64,000 bases of DNA from Owenia fusiformis. Taxonomy: Eukaryota. The notes under the pieces were generated by a model. It made no database searches. It worked only from the letters and a program-made list of their open reading frames with translations, and was not told where the DNA came from. This document shows, in pieces, positions 61,869 through 64,000 of this stretch. Each line of letters starts with the position of its first letter. Position 1 is the first letter of the stretch. The stretch lies in assembly GCA_903813345.2 (NCBI GenBank), contig CAIIXF020000001.1:39432001-39496000 (forward strand), written 5' to 3'. A program made the translations under genes and the position numbers.

Positions 61869-63673
61869 CGGCGGCGGTGGCGGCGGTGGCGGCGGCGGCG
61901 GTGGCGGCGGCGGTGGCGGCGGCGGTGGGGTCAAAGAGTGCAATAATCTGATCTGATTGATTGAAATGGTTCAGCAGTTCATTTGTATATACACTTTGAT
62001 TGGTCGAAAATGTTCTGCTGTAAAACTGTTAACGTTAGCATTTTTTATTATTTATCTTGTAGGGGTTTATATTTTTATCAGTGGCATGTTAAATTAACAG
62101 ATGCCTATTAAAGCGTGTTATTTTGTATAGTGGGTGGGTGTCTATTTTGTGAAAATGCCTTAAACTCCAAAAATTAGCAGAAATCGATCAACAGTGACTG
62201 AAATCGCCGAAACGTGACATTTCAAAAAATACTTTAAAATGACCCAGGAGTAAGAATCAAGTGATCGTTTGGTAAAAGAATGCCTCAAACTCCAGGAATC
62301 ACCAAAAATCACTCAAGCGTGAAAATTGTAAAAATGCTCTTAAATGTATCGGGAGTAAGAATACTGTGTCCATTTGGTGATTAAATACCTCAAACTCAAG
62401 AAATAAGCGAAAATCACTCAAGCGTGAAGATTGGAAAAATATTCTAAAATGACTCCAAAGTAAGAATCAAGTAATCGTTTGGAGAAAAAATTAGCACAAA
62501 TTGATCAACTTGACAATTTAAAAATATTCTAAAATAACTCAGGAGACTTTTTGGTTATAAATATTCAATACCTGTCTAAACTTGTTATATTGGATGATTT
62601 TCTTTTATCTGATTGGATGAGAATATACCGCAACCCGATTGGTTAAAATTATTCTGAAACTCTAAACATAATTGGTTAAAATAATCCAAACATACTGTGC
62701 CCTGATTGGTTAAAATGATTCTGCAAGTCAAAACCTGATTGGTTAAAAATTACTATACTCTGATTGGTTAAAATAATTCTGCAAGCTAAAACCTGTTTGG
62801 TTGAAATGGTTCTGCAGTTATCTTTTTTACTATTTTATCAGTTTGTTATCAACCTTTGACCTATAACAATGAAACATCCATGAAGTAAACAAGATAACTT
62901 ATCACATAGTCACCAGGTTACCTTAACAGTGATTGTTTGATTATCTTATCAATTGAGCTCTCTCTTATCAATTATCAGTAACCTTTGACCAGTGATATAA
63001 AGTGGCATGATGGTTCTACAGCTTATACAACCTATGAAGTATGTGTCAAATATAATTGGTCAAATTAATATATTACAGCCATGTGATTGGTCGAAATTGT
63101 TGTGCAGTTATCTTTTTCACTGTTTTATCAGTTTGTTATCAACCTTTGACCTATAACAATGAAACATCCATGAAGTAGACAAGATAGCTTATCACATAGT
63201 CACCAGGTTACCTTAACAGTGTTTGTTTGATTATCTTATCAATTGAGCTCTCTCTTATCAGTTAACAGTAACCTTTGACCAGTTATATCAGTAACCATGT
63301 GACGTATGACATCATTTCTATGCATTCAACTCAAACCTATGTTCTTTTATCAATATAACCTTTGTCCTGTTATATCAGAAACCATGGTAGTTATCTTTTC
63401 ACTGTCTTATCAGTTTATTATCTCTCTCTTATCAATTATCAGTAACCTTTGGCCATCTTTTTCACTGTCTTATCAGTTTATTACCTCTCTCTTATCAATT
63501 ATCAGTAACCTTTGAGCCAGTTATGTCACCAGGTGTAAGTGTAAGGAACACGTGACCTATGACGTCACTTCCAACACGTGACCTATGACGTCACTTCCGG
63601 TGTAAGTGTAACTTCCGGTGTAAGTGTAAGTACCGGTGCCGGTAGGGGGTCGAAATGGACGCCATATACTACT
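59772..63673. mobile_element. Gene-free palindromic Polinton/Maverick-type element (3902 bp)
   Basis: TATATC|AGTAGTATATGGCG...CGCCATATACTACT|TATATC. The 6-bp TSD and (AGT)2 termini are Polinton hallmarks. Arms are 59772-61716 and 61759-63673 around a 42-nt spacer. No polymerase, integrase or capsid ORF. Confidence 0.8.
61519..61926. repeat. Inverted (GCC/ACC)n and (GGC/GGT)n microsatellite pair flanking the palindrome centre
   Basis: 153-nt tract at 61519-61671 and 123-nt complementary tract at 61804-61926. Confidence 0.95.
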
Positions 63674-64000
63674 TATATCGCAGTGACGATGTGTGTTTCT
63701 CATCAACCTGTTTCAAAGATGTTTGTCATATAGTGTAGGAGATGTTTCTTTGTCATATAACAGTGTAAAATATGTTTATTTGCTGTATTTCAGTTTGGAC
63801 TTAAAAATGTTTATACTGAGAAGCTAGAATTAATCTTGAGATGGAATCTACAAATACATTGTCATGTATAAATTAAAAGATACAAATACAGGGTGACACA
63901 AAATATGCAACGTTCTAAATTATGATGCCTTATTCTTGAACTTTCCAGTATGGGATGCTCAGTGCATTGAATAGTGGTGGTAAACATTTACAGGTTCAAC

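Noticed and set aside
61494..61946. Poly-Pro, poly-Ala and poly-Arg ORFs
   Set aside because: Translations of the GCC microsatellites in the palindrome arms.

Overview
AT-rich, intron-containing animal genomic DNA. The repeat landscape resembles a marine invertebrate such as a mollusc or annelid, but the species cannot be determined from the sequence alone. All coordinates and alignments were read by eye. Genes: two tRNA-Pro genes; a complete multi-exon SLC35F6 (+, 3557-13210) head-to-head with one tRNA; an unrecognised single-pass membrane protein gene (-, 33766-17904) partly built from micro-exons; and an intronless class A GPCR (-, 58823-56397) with about 22 tandem 19-aa repeats in its third intracellular loop. 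The rest is dense in non-autonomous DNA transposons (mariner/Tc1, Kolobok-like, hAT-like, Helentron-associated) and tandem arrays of 21, 31, 104 and ~162 bp. The most striking feature is a 3.9-kb near-perfect palindrome (59772-63673). It has AGTAGT...ACTACT termini and a 6-bp target-site duplication, and reads as a gene-free, fold-back Polinton/Maverick-type element inserted about 950 bp upstream of the GPCR.
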